Below, one piece after another: positions 47,686-56,477 of a stretch of DNA of 60,069 nt. How positions within the stretch are numbered: the stretch's first letter is position 1; each line of letters starts with the position of its first letter. Under the pieces are notes generated by a model, which worked only from the letters and a program-made list of their open reading frames with translations, ran no database searches and was not told the DNA's origin. Both the position numbers and the translations under genes were made by a program. This stretch comes from Oscillospiraceae bacterium (GTDB lineage: Bacteria > Bacillota > Clostridia > Oscillospirales > CAG-272): the NCBI GenBank assembly GCA_015065075.1, contig SVRA01000003.1, positions 1 to 60,069 of the forward strand. The letters run 5' to 3'.

Positions 47686-48462
47686 ATGAAATTAGACGAT
47701 AATAAAAAAGCATTAAGAAAAAAGCTGTATCTGTTCAGCACGATCGCGCTTGCGGCGATATACACGCTTAACGGACTTGTGATATCCCCGATTTATATTG
47801 GCGTGATAAACAATATTATGTATGACGGCTCGGCGTTGGTCGATATTTTGTTTTATCTCAGACGTCTGCTTGAGCTGGCCGCAGTAGCGGCAGCATACGC
47901 GGTTATGATCTACGGAATATACCGTTTTACTCTTTCGGGATTTAGGGGCGGAGTAGGAATATTTATAGGAGCAACGCTGTATAAATATGCAACAAACGTA
48001 GTTGTTGATTGGGTGAATAACGGAAGCATACCAACTACGTGGCTAGTCGATATTTTATATATTTTGTTCTATACGACTCTTGAATTATTGCAGCTTTCGC
48101 TCGTTTTGGCAATCGTTTGCGCGCTTATTTCGCGCCACGAAAAAGCCGTTGAATTCTGCAAAAAAGTCGGCAAAACTCACCTTATTCCCGAGATCTTTCC
48201 GTTCAAAAAGCTATACGATAAAGAGAATTGTCTGCTTCGATCCGTCCTCGCTTGCTCGATCGTAATATTGCTCATAAACCTTATAACACAAGCGATCAAC
48301 GATATTCTGACTATCGAAAAGATCCTTGATCCGTTGCTTATGATCGTCGCTTATCTGGCGGAGATCGTGCTTGCTGTAATATGCTATTTTGTTATGTACG
48401 TTACGATCAACATCTGTGCGGACAAGCTTGATATCCCTTGTGATATAAGGGAAAACGCTTAA
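47686..48462 (+). CDS. Hypothetical membrane protein (about 6 TM)
   Basis: GAGGT RBS, hydrophobic helices. Confidence 0.75.
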   Translation: MKLDDNKKALRKKLYLFSTIALAAIYTLNGLVISPIYIGVINNIMYDGSALVDILFYLRRLLELAAVAAAYAVMIYGIYRFTLSGFRGGVGIFIGATLYKYATNVVVDWVNNGSIPTTWLVDILYILFYTTLELLQLSLVLAIVCALISRHEKAVEFCKKVGKTHLIPEIFPFKKLYDKENCLLRSVLACSIVILLINLITQAINDILTIEKILDPLLMIVAYLAEIVLAVICYFVMYVTINICADKLDIPCDIRENA

Positions 48463-48501
48463 CTTGATCTCAAAACAAAGATACATCTGAAGCACACACT
48501 G

Positions 48502-48622
48502 TAGAGAGTGAAAAACCACTTGGCAGAGAGCGAAAAATACCTAAATAAAAAGCGCAAACGTATCCCACAGAGAGCAAAAATACACCCGTAGTGCTCCCAA
48601 AGCTACAATCTCCCATAGAGAG
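48502..48622 (+). repeat. Degenerate 22-bp-period direct repeat array
   Basis: YAGAGAGYGAAAAA-like units at 48502, 48524, 48546, 48568, weaker at 48616. Confidence 0.6.
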
Positions 48623-48898
48623 ATGTTTATTGCTCGAATACAACAATAAAAACGGTCAAAATTTGACCGTTTTTATCTTTTTTGTAAACATTTGCGAAAA
48701 TCTTCTCGAAAATGCAAAAAAACCCTTATATAATTTGGAAAAGCCCTTGACTTTACCGCCGCTTTTCTGTTATAATAAATATATATTATTTAAAATTGGA
48801 GTAGTAGGGCCGAAATCGATATCAGTACCAATCAAAACGGCTCGGCAAACAATTAGAATTAGTTGAATTTAAAGACAGTGGAAAGGAAATTATCGGAT

Positions 48899-50365
48899 AT
48901 GAAGGACATAAGCAGAAACCTTACGATGCTTTGCGATTTTTACGAGCTGACTATGAGCAACGGATACTTTAAATGCGGTATCAAGGATAAGACCGTTTAT
49001 TTTGACGTATTCTACCGTAATAATCCCGACGGTGGCGGATTTGCCGTCGTTGCGGGACTTGAGCAGATAGTCGAATATATCAACGACCTTCACTTTGACG
49101 AGGACGATATCGAATATCTCCGTTCAAAGAATTGCTTTGACGAGGAATTTCTCGAATATCTCCGCACGTTCAAGTTCACGGGAGATATATGGGCGATCCC
49201 CGAGGGAACCGTGGTTTTCCCCGGCGAGCCCTTGATGACGGTCAGAGCAAAGGCGATCGAGGCTCAGTTCATCGAGACCTACATCCTTATGATCATCAAC
49301 CACGAGTCGCTGATCGCCACGAAGGCGGCGCGCATTACTCGCGCGGCAAAGGGAAGGCTCGTCAGCGAGTTTGGTTCCCGCAGAGCGCAAGGCGCGGACG
49401 CGGCAATACTCGGTGCACGCGCGGCTTACATAGGCGGTTGCGGCGCTACGGCCTGTACCATTACCGACGAGGTATTTGGCGTTCCCGCAACGGGAACCAT
49501 GGCGCACTCCTGGGTGCAGATGTTTGATACCGAATACGAGGCGTTCAAGACCTATTGCGAGATATATCCGAATAACGCGACACTTCTTGTAGATACTTAC
49601 AACGTAATAGAATCCGGAATTCCGAATGCTATAAAAGTATTTAACGAGGTGCTCAAGCCCCGCGGGATCACCAAGTGCGGTATTCGTATCGACTCGGGAG
49701 ATATCACTTATCTCTCCAAGAAATGCCGCAAGATGCTTGACGATGCGGGTTGGACGGAATGCCGTATCATAGTATCGAATTCGCTTGACGAATATATAAT
49801 CCGCGAGCTTATAAGACAGGGCGCGGAGATAGACGGCTTCGGTGTTGGCGAACGCCTTATTACCGCAAAGAGCCACCCTGTTTTCGGCGCGGTATATAAG
49901 CTTTGCGCGGTCGAGGACGAAAACGGCACGGTAAGACCGAAGATAAAGATCAGCGAAAACGTTGGCAAGATCACAACTCCGCATTTTAAAAAGATATACA
50001 GATTGCGTGGCAGAGATACGGGCAAGGCGGAGGTCGACCTTATCTGTCTTCACGACGAGGTGATCGACGACTCCAAGCCTCTCGAGGTGTTCGATCCCGA
50101 GCACACATGGAAGCGCAAGACTATTGAAAACTTCACCGCCACCGAGTTGCTCGTTCCGATATTCAAGGACGGCAAGCAGGTATACGAGCTCCCCTCCTTG
50201 AAGGAGATCAGAGAGCACCACGCAAAAGAGATAGAGGGAATGTGGGAAGAGGTAAAACGCTTTACCAATCCGCACAACTACTATGTGGATCTTTCGGAGA
50301 AGCTTTGGGGAATAAAGAACGATATGCTCAAAGCGGGGGCTAACTCAAATAAGACGGGCAAGTAA
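48899..50365 (+). CDS. pncB: Nicotinate phosphoribosyltransferase
   Basis: DFYELTM, EFGSRRAQG, GTMAHSW, LVDTY, RIDSGD, FGVGE. Confidence 0.96.
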   Translation: MKDISRNLTMLCDFYELTMSNGYFKCGIKDKTVYFDVFYRNNPDGGGFAVVAGLEQIVEYINDLHFDEDDIEYLRSKNCFDEEFLEYLRTFKFTGDIWAIPEGTVVFPGEPLMTVRAKAIEAQFIETYILMIINHESLIATKAARITRAAKGRLVSEFGSRRAQGADAAILGARAAYIGGCGATACTITDEVFGVPATGTMAHSWVQMFDTEYEAFKTYCEIYPNNATLLVDTYNVIESGIPNAIKVFNEVLKPRGITKCGIRIDSGDITYLSKKCRKMLDDAGWTECRIIVSNSLDEYIIRELIRQGAEIDGFGVGERLITAKSHPVFGAVYKLCAVEDENGTVRPKIKISENVGKITTPHFKKIYRLRGRDTGKAEVDLICLHDEVIDDSKPLEVFDPEHTWKRKTIENFTATELLVPIFKDGKQVYELPSLKEIREHHAKEIEGMWEEVKRFTNPHNYYVDLSEKLWGIKNDMLKAGANSNKTGK

Positions 50366-50467
50366 TGCCGCAAATATTGTAAGGATTGCTCGGAGATCTG
50401 CGCCGCAAGGTGCTTTCGGCTATAAGTCTCCGCAGTCAACCGTAATTTGACAGAAAGGATCGAAAAG

Positions 50468-51469
50468 ATGCTTCAAAACATAAAACTTTCGATATCACTA
50501 TGGGATAATATCGTCCAGCTTTTTAAGGACTACGTATGGTTTTCGGTATCCCAGATAACGTTCGTGGACGTAGTGGATATATTGCTGCTTTCGGGTCTGA
50601 TATATATCGTCTACAAGTTCATAAGGGACAGACATGCGGGAAGAGCCGTTATCGGACTGGGTTTGCTGATCGTACTGTACGTTATAAGCGATATTTTCAA
50701 TATGGTGGCGATAAATTCGATACTGAAGAATTTCTATGCGGTCGGTATTATTGCGCTTTGCGTACTGTTTCAGCCCGAGCTTCGCGACGTTCTCGAGGAA
50801 TTCGGCGCGACTACGTCCGACAATATAAAAAGATTCAGAAACCGTCACATTACCGACGATGAGAGGATACTTCACTATGTAAACGAGATATGCAAGGCGG
50901 CGTTCGATCTCTCGGGTAAGGGAGAGGGCGCGCTGATCGTTATCGAAAGACAGGGAACTCTGAGAAATCAGATGTCCGAGGGCACTCCTATCGATGCCGT
51001 AGTGTCGCACGAGCTGCTTTGTAATATTTTCGTTAATAAATCTCCGCTTCACGACGGCGCAGTCATCATCAGAGACGGAAGAATAGTTTGTGCTTCAAGC
51101 AAATCGAAGACCATTGCCGAAAACGGACCGATGGTTGAGGGTCTTGGCACACGTCACCGTGCCGCACTCAAGATAAGCGAGGTCAGCGACGCTATCGTGG
51201 TCGTCGTTTCCGAGGAGACGGGAACTATATCCGTTGCAAACAATAAGCTTCTCAAGAGACATTACGAAAAGGAAAGTGTGCACAAGTCGGGAGATCTGAA
51301 GGACGATCTGTTCAAGCTGCTCACGGGACGCACAGTGGCCGAGAGTGCGTCGGGCGTCAACGTTGACGGCAACACAAAGAAGCAGGAACAAAACAAGGAC
51401 TCGGCTGATACAGTTGATCGAAATGTTGATACTGATAATACGGGTAATGGAGGTGAGCGTAAGGAATGA
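50468..51469 (+). CDS. cdaA: Diadenylate cyclase CdaA
   Basis: 3 TM, FQPELR, GALIVIER, PLHDGA, GTRHRAA, VSEETG. Confidence 0.93.
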   Translation: MLQNIKLSISLWDNIVQLFKDYVWFSVSQITFVDVVDILLLSGLIYIVYKFIRDRHAGRAVIGLGLLIVLYVISDIFNMVAINSILKNFYAVGIIALCVLFQPELRDVLEEFGATTSDNIKRFRNRHITDDERILHYVNEICKAAFDLSGKGEGALIVIERQGTLRNQMSEGTPIDAVVSHELLCNIFVNKSPLHDGAVIIRDGRIVCASSKSKTIAENGPMVEGLGTRHRAALKISEVSDAIVVVVSEETGTISVANNKLLKRHYEKESVHKSGDLKDDLFKLLTGRTVAESASGVNVDGNTKKQEQNKDSADTVDRNVDTDNTGNGGERKE

Positions 51470-52488
51470 AAAAATTCAGCTTTACAAACGATACGAGCGG
51501 TAAAAAGGACGGCTCGATAGTCGTTGATCGGGCAAAGAGAAAAAACCTCGATATCGGAGCCAGACTCATTTGCCTCCTTATAGCCCTTCTTATATGGATA
51601 TACATGGTAAACGTCAACGTTGTTGATAAGACTGAGACGATAACCCTCAACATAAACGTGGTTGGGGCAGACGTTCTTAATGCAAACGAAAACATGATGA
51701 TATACGGTATGGACAAGGGAACCGTTACTATCACGGTAAAGGGGTCTAACAGAGAACTCAGAAAGCACCTTGATTCCGAGTATAGCGCATCGGTGAACGT
51801 TAGCAATATATCGGACAGCGGAAAGCATACATTACCCATATCGATCCAGCTTCCCGCAGGAGCAAATATAAGTCTTGTTTCGATGGATTCTTCCAACGTA
51901 ACCTTTTATTCAGACACCGTGTTAACTAAAACCGTTCCGTTCGATACCTTTTACGGTAACGCGATAATGCTTTCCGAAGCCGAAGGATATTACAGCGTGG
52001 TCAAGTCGGTCGATTTTGTTGAGATCACGGGACCCAAGCAGCTGATCGATATGGTCGAGTCTGCCAAGTACTGCATTGAAGGCGATATAAAAATGGGCAA
52101 GAGCTTTTCAAATTGTGCTCTCATGTTCTGTGATGTAAACGGAGATTTCGTGTCTAATAACACCGATCTGATCTCTTACTCCTCCAAGGATATATCCGTG
52201 GACGTTCTCGTTACCGGAAAAAAAGAGGTGCGGCTGTCTGTAACGGTTGCGGGACTTGAGGATGTAGAATGGTTTGCTAAGATGAGTACTGAAAAGGTTA
52301 CTATTTACGGAGATCCTGCAGTGCTTGCCGAGATCGATGAATATACGATAGGGCTTGACAGCGTGATGATCGGACAGACGGTAGAGGTCGTTTTGACCGA
52401 CAAGGATCTTGACGAGGGTATCAGCTTTGGAGAAACTCCTATATCCGTATATATTCAGATCAATTCAACCGCCGATGCGTCGAAATAA
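51466..52488 (+). CDS. cdaR: CdaR / YbbR-like regulator
   Basis: LICLLIALLIWIYMV TM, YbbR-type repeats (VTITVKG, VEITGP, VTIYGD); overlaps cdaA. Confidence 0.8.
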   Translation: MKKFSFTNDTSGKKDGSIVVDRAKRKNLDIGARLICLLIALLIWIYMVNVNVVDKTETITLNINVVGADVLNANENMMIYGMDKGTVTITVKGSNRELRKHLDSEYSASVNVSNISDSGKHTLPISIQLPAGANISLVSMDSSNVTFYSDTVLTKTVPFDTFYGNAIMLSEAEGYYSVVKSVDFVEITGPKQLIDMVESAKYCIEGDIKMGKSFSNCALMFCDVNGDFVSNNTDLISYSSKDISVDVLVTGKKEVRLSVTVAGLEDVEWFAKMSTEKVTIYGDPAVLAEIDEYTIGLDSVMIGQTVEVVLTDKDLDEGISFGETPISVYIQINSTADASK

Positions 52489-54107
52489 TGAGAAAATATA
52501 TATTTGACGGAATATCCCTGCCGTTTTCGTCGGACCCTTCGGATGCGTTGCGCGTAGTTGAAAAAAAGCTGAGGGGGATAGGGATAGCGTGTAATGAGTG
52601 CAGGTTAGCAATTTGCAAAAAGTCCGTCGATGCAAGGCACAAGGACGATATCAAACTGATTTACTCTGTTCTTATTAGTTTTGCTCATCTCACTCAAAAA
52701 GAACGCGATCGTATAGCCAAGCTTGGAGCAAGGGCTGTGACGACCGAGGAGCTTGAGATCAAGGTTGGAAACGAAACGATGCAGGCAAGACCGCTTGTGG
52801 TCGGAATGGGCCCTGCAGGTATGTTTTGCGCGCTGATCCTTGCCGAGAACGGATACAAGCCGATCATTATTGATCGCGGTGATTCGGTCAACGACAGAGT
52901 TGCGGCGCTTGAACGGTTTTATTCTGAACATATTCTCGACACCGAGTCAAATATTCAGTTCGGCGCAGGGGGCGCGGGTACTTTTTCGGACGGAAAGCTG
53001 CTTACGAGGATCAACGATCCCAAATGCTCCTACGTGCTCGAAGCTCTCGTGAAATTCGGTGCGCCCGAGGAGATAACCGTTAAGGCGAAGCCGCACGTTG
53101 GCACGGACGTTTTAAGAACGGTAGTTGACAACATTTTGGGTCATATTGAGAAGCTTGGCGGCGAGGTCATATATCGTTGCAAGCTTACGGGTATCCGTGA
53201 GATAAGTGATGGGCTTGTAGAGGTTTCGACGAGCAAGGGCGATTTTCTTGCCTCGTCGGTTGTGCTTGCACTCGGTCACAGTGCGCGGGATACTTATCGC
53301 ACGCTTATTGAAAGTCAGTTTGACATTATCCCAAAACCGATATCGGTTGGAGTGCGAATAGAGCACAAGAGAAGCTTTATTGAGGAAGCTTTATACGGTC
53401 GCTTTGCGGGAGAGCCTGCGCTGGGCGCGGCTGAATATGCGCTGTCCGACACTCGCGGTGAGCGAGGAGTTTACACCTTTTGTATGTGTCCCGGCGGCGA
53501 GGTCGTCGCGGCGGCAAGCGAGGAGGGCGGAGTAGTCGTTAACGGAATGAGTCATTTTGCCCGTGACGGCGAAAATTCAAACTCCGCGGTTGCGGTTTCG
53601 ATCGGGGTAGAGGATTACGAGGCAATAGACGGAAGTCTTGCTCTCGGAGCGATAGAATTTCAAAGATCGATAGAGCGCCGCGCATTTGCGGCGGGGGGAG
53701 GCGGTTATGCCGTGCCCGTACAGACCGTTGGAGATTTTATGAGTGGAAAAACGGGAAGTGAGCCGAGCTCAGTCCTGCCGACATATATGGGAGGCAACAA
53801 CTTCAAGTTCGCATCTATGGATGAAGTGCTGCCGCCATTCGTTTGTGAATCCTTGCGCTACGGCCTTGCCTCATTTGACAAAAAAATAAAAGGATTTGCC
53901 TTGGATCCCGCGCTTTTGTCGGGTGCGGAGACGAGGACCTCATCTCCGCTGAGGATCTTGCGCGGAGAGGATATGAGAGCCATTGGCAAAAAGAGCATTT
54001 ATCCCTGTGGGGAGGGTGCGGGATATGCCGGTGGTATTACGAGCGCCGCAGTTGACGGCGTTAAGGTGGCGATGGCTATCGCCTCAAGATTCAAGCCGTT
54101 TGATTAA
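52488..54107 (+). CDS. Uncharacterised FAD-dependent oxidoreductase
   Basis: VVGMGPAG, FGAGGAGTFSDGKL, FCMCPGG, ETRTSSP, GEGAGYAGGI. Confidence 0.9.
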   Translation: MRKYIFDGISLPFSSDPSDALRVVEKKLRGIGIACNECRLAICKKSVDARHKDDIKLIYSVLISFAHLTQKERDRIAKLGARAVTTEELEIKVGNETMQARPLVVGMGPAGMFCALILAENGYKPIIIDRGDSVNDRVAALERFYSEHILDTESNIQFGAGGAGTFSDGKLLTRINDPKCSYVLEALVKFGAPEEITVKAKPHVGTDVLRTVVDNILGHIEKLGGEVIYRCKLTGIREISDGLVEVSTSKGDFLASSVVLALGHSARDTYRTLIESQFDIIPKPISVGVRIEHKRSFIEEALYGRFAGEPALGAAEYALSDTRGERGVYTFCMCPGGEVVAAASEEGGVVVNGMSHFARDGENSNSAVAVSIGVEDYEAIDGSLALGAIEFQRSIERRAFAAGGGGYAVPVQTVGDFMSGKTGSEPSSVLPTYMGGNNFKFASMDEVLPPFVCESLRYGLASFDKKIKGFALDPALLSGAETRTSSPLRILRGEDMRAIGKKSIYPCGEGAGYAGGITSAAVDGVKVAMAIASRFKPFD

Positions 54108-54210
54108 GCGGCTATTGATAAGATCTTTTTTCAGATTGCCGAGATCACTTTTCGGCAATCTGACCTGATTTTGTAAATAATTTTTGGTTATATATAGTTT
54201 TGGAGTTGAA

Positions 54211-56412
54211 ATGAATTTAAGTGAAAAGAAAAAGGTCTGGTCGCTGAGGTACACGTCGGGAAATGCTGGCGTTGACCGCGCGATCGGGGCTATCGCGGCG
54301 GAAAACGGTATATCCGAGGTCTCGGCGAAGCTTATATACAACAGAGGATACAGGACCGCCTCGTCGGTCGAGAGCTTTTTGTCTCCGTCGATCGAAAGAG
54401 CACACGATCCGTATCTGATGAAGGATATGGACAAGGCGGTCTGCCGCATTAACGAGGCGCTTGAGAGGGGAGAGAAGATAACCGTTTACGGCGATTACGA
54501 CGTGGACGGTGTTACCTCGGTGACGCTGATATATCTCTATCTGAAGTCGCGCGGGGCGGATATTGATTATTATATTCCCTCGAGAAGCAAGGAGGGCTAC
54601 GGCCTTTCGACTATGTCCCTTGAAAATCTGAAAAAATCGGGCACGGAGCTGATAATAACCGTTGATACGGGTATTACGGCGAACGCGGAGGCGGATTACG
54701 CGCGCGAGCTTGGAATGGAGATGGTCATAACCGACCACCACGAGTGTCACGCGGAGCTTCCCGTTGCCTGTGCGGTAGTAAATCCCCACAGACCCGATTG
54801 CAGCTATCCCTTCAAGGAGCTGGCAGGCGTTGGCGTCGTTTTCAAGCTGATCTGCGCTTGTGAGATCAGTCGTTGCGAGTGCGAGGACAAAATCGCGTGT
54901 ATTGAGCGTGTATTTGCGGAATATTCCGATCTTGCGGCTATCGGCACGGTTGCTGACGTTATGCCCCTGATCGATGAAAACAGAATAATAGTCAAGAGAG
55001 GACTTGCAGAGCTGTCCAAGACCGAGAGGATTGGTCTTTCGGCGCTTATTGAGGCGGCAAGCGCGCCGTCCGGCAACACCCGTCCTGTCGTTGGAGAGCC
55101 TGAAAAGGCGAAAAAGAAGAAAATGAGCGCGGGCTTTATCGGGTTTGCACTTGCTCCGAGAATCAACGCGGCGGGAAGGATCAGCTCGGCGCAAAAGGCG
55201 GTTGAGCTTCTGCTTGAGGAGGATAAGGCGAGGGCTGCCGAAAAGGCTGACGAGCTTTGTCAGATAAATCTCAGGCGTCAAAAAGAGGAGAACGCTATTG
55301 CCGAGGCAGCATATAAGACTATCGAGGAGAAGCATGATTTTGAGAATGATCGCGTTATCGTGCTTGACGACGACACCTGGCAGCAGGGAATTATCGGTAT
55401 AGTTTCATCGAGAATTACCGAAAAATACGGTCTTCCCTCGATACTTATCTCGTTTGACGGTGCGACGCGCGGATACAGCAGTCTCGACGACGTTGGAAAG
55501 GGCTCGGGACGCTCTATAAAGGGAATGAATCTCGTCGGTGCGCTCGATTATTGCCGCGATCTACTCGTCCGCTTCGGCGGTCACGAGCTGGCGGCGGGGC
55601 TTTCGGTTATGAGATGCAATCTCGACGAGTTCAGAAAGAGGATCAACGAATATGCAAGAGAGCATCTGACCGAGGATCTTTCCTGCATTAAATACGATGT
55701 CGATTGCGAGATACATAGCGATGAGATTGAGCTCTCCTTAGCTAACGAGCTTGCGGTATTGGAGCCATTCGGAGTCGCAAACCCCACTCCCGTATTTCTA
55801 ATCAAGGGACTTACGCTCAATAAAGTCATTTCGATGGGCGCAGGAAAGCACTCGAAGCTGCTTTTGGGTTCGGAAAATCGCAATTTCCAAGCGGTCTACT
55901 TCGGCATGCCTGCATCCTCGGTGGATTTTTACCCAGGAGAGAAGGTCGATCTGCTCTGTCAGATGAATATAAACGAATTCAGGGGAGTATCTACGGTACA
56001 GCTCGTCATTCAGGACATCAGACTTTCTGATGAGTGCGAGACCGAATACGATCACGAGCGCCACAGATATCACGAGATACTTGACGGCGCGGAGTTCTCC
56101 TGTGATGAGGATATTCTGCCTTCAAGAGCCGATATAGCCGAGCTTTACCGTTTCTTCAGGCGTGAAAACATGAGTGGACACACCTCCTTTACGTACCGAA
56201 TGCTTCGCTCGCAGCTTTTCGAGCATTTGCACGTCAACGTAAGCTATCCTAAGCTTCGGTTTGCGATCTCCATCCTCGGAGATATAAACGTTTGCGGCAT
56301 TTCTGAGGAATCGAGCGAGGTCGTTTCGGTAGAAGTGTATAAAAATGCCGCAAAAACCAATATTGAAACATCCGAGACCTATAAGCGACTTTGTAATCAA
56401 TGCGGAGCTTAA
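54211..56412 (+). CDS. recJ: ssDNA exonuclease RecJ
   Basis: YGDYDVDG, TVDTG, TDHH, PRINAAGR, GSGRS, FGGHELAAG, LEPFG. Confidence 0.97.
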   Translation: MNLSEKKKVWSLRYTSGNAGVDRAIGAIAAENGISEVSAKLIYNRGYRTASSVESFLSPSIERAHDPYLMKDMDKAVCRINEALERGEKITVYGDYDVDGVTSVTLIYLYLKSRGADIDYYIPSRSKEGYGLSTMSLENLKKSGTELIITVDTGITANAEADYARELGMEMVITDHHECHAELPVACAVVNPHRPDCSYPFKELAGVGVVFKLICACEISRCECEDKIACIERVFAEYSDLAAIGTVADVMPLIDENRIIVKRGLAELSKTERIGLSALIEAASAPSGNTRPVVGEPEKAKKKKMSAGFIGFALAPRINAAGRISSAQKAVELLLEEDKARAAEKADELCQINLRRQKEENAIAEAAYKTIEEKHDFENDRVIVLDDDTWQQGIIGIVSSRITEKYGLPSILISFDGATRGYSSLDDVGKGSGRSIKGMNLVGALDYCRDLLVRFGGHELAAGLSVMRCNLDEFRKRINEYAREHLTEDLSCIKYDVDCEIHSDEIELSLANELAVLEPFGVANPTPVFLIKGLTLNKVISMGAGKHSKLLLGSENRNFQAVYFGMPASSVDFYPGEKVDLLCQMNINEFRGVSTVQLVIQDIRLSDECETEYDHERHRYHEILDGAEFSCDEDILPSRADIAELYRFFRRENMSGHTSFTYRMLRSQLFEHLHVNVSYPKLRFAISILGDINVCGISEESSEVVSVEVYKNAAKTNIETSETYKRLCNQCGA

Positions 56413-56477
56413 GGTTGGATAGATAAATTTTTTATTAGAGGGCTCTTTCGCAATAGTGGGGGAGGCACGGGATCTTT

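Noticed and set aside
48502-48622. Possible CRISPR array
   Set aside because: Units about 14 nt and degenerate, spacers about 8 nt, no cas genes
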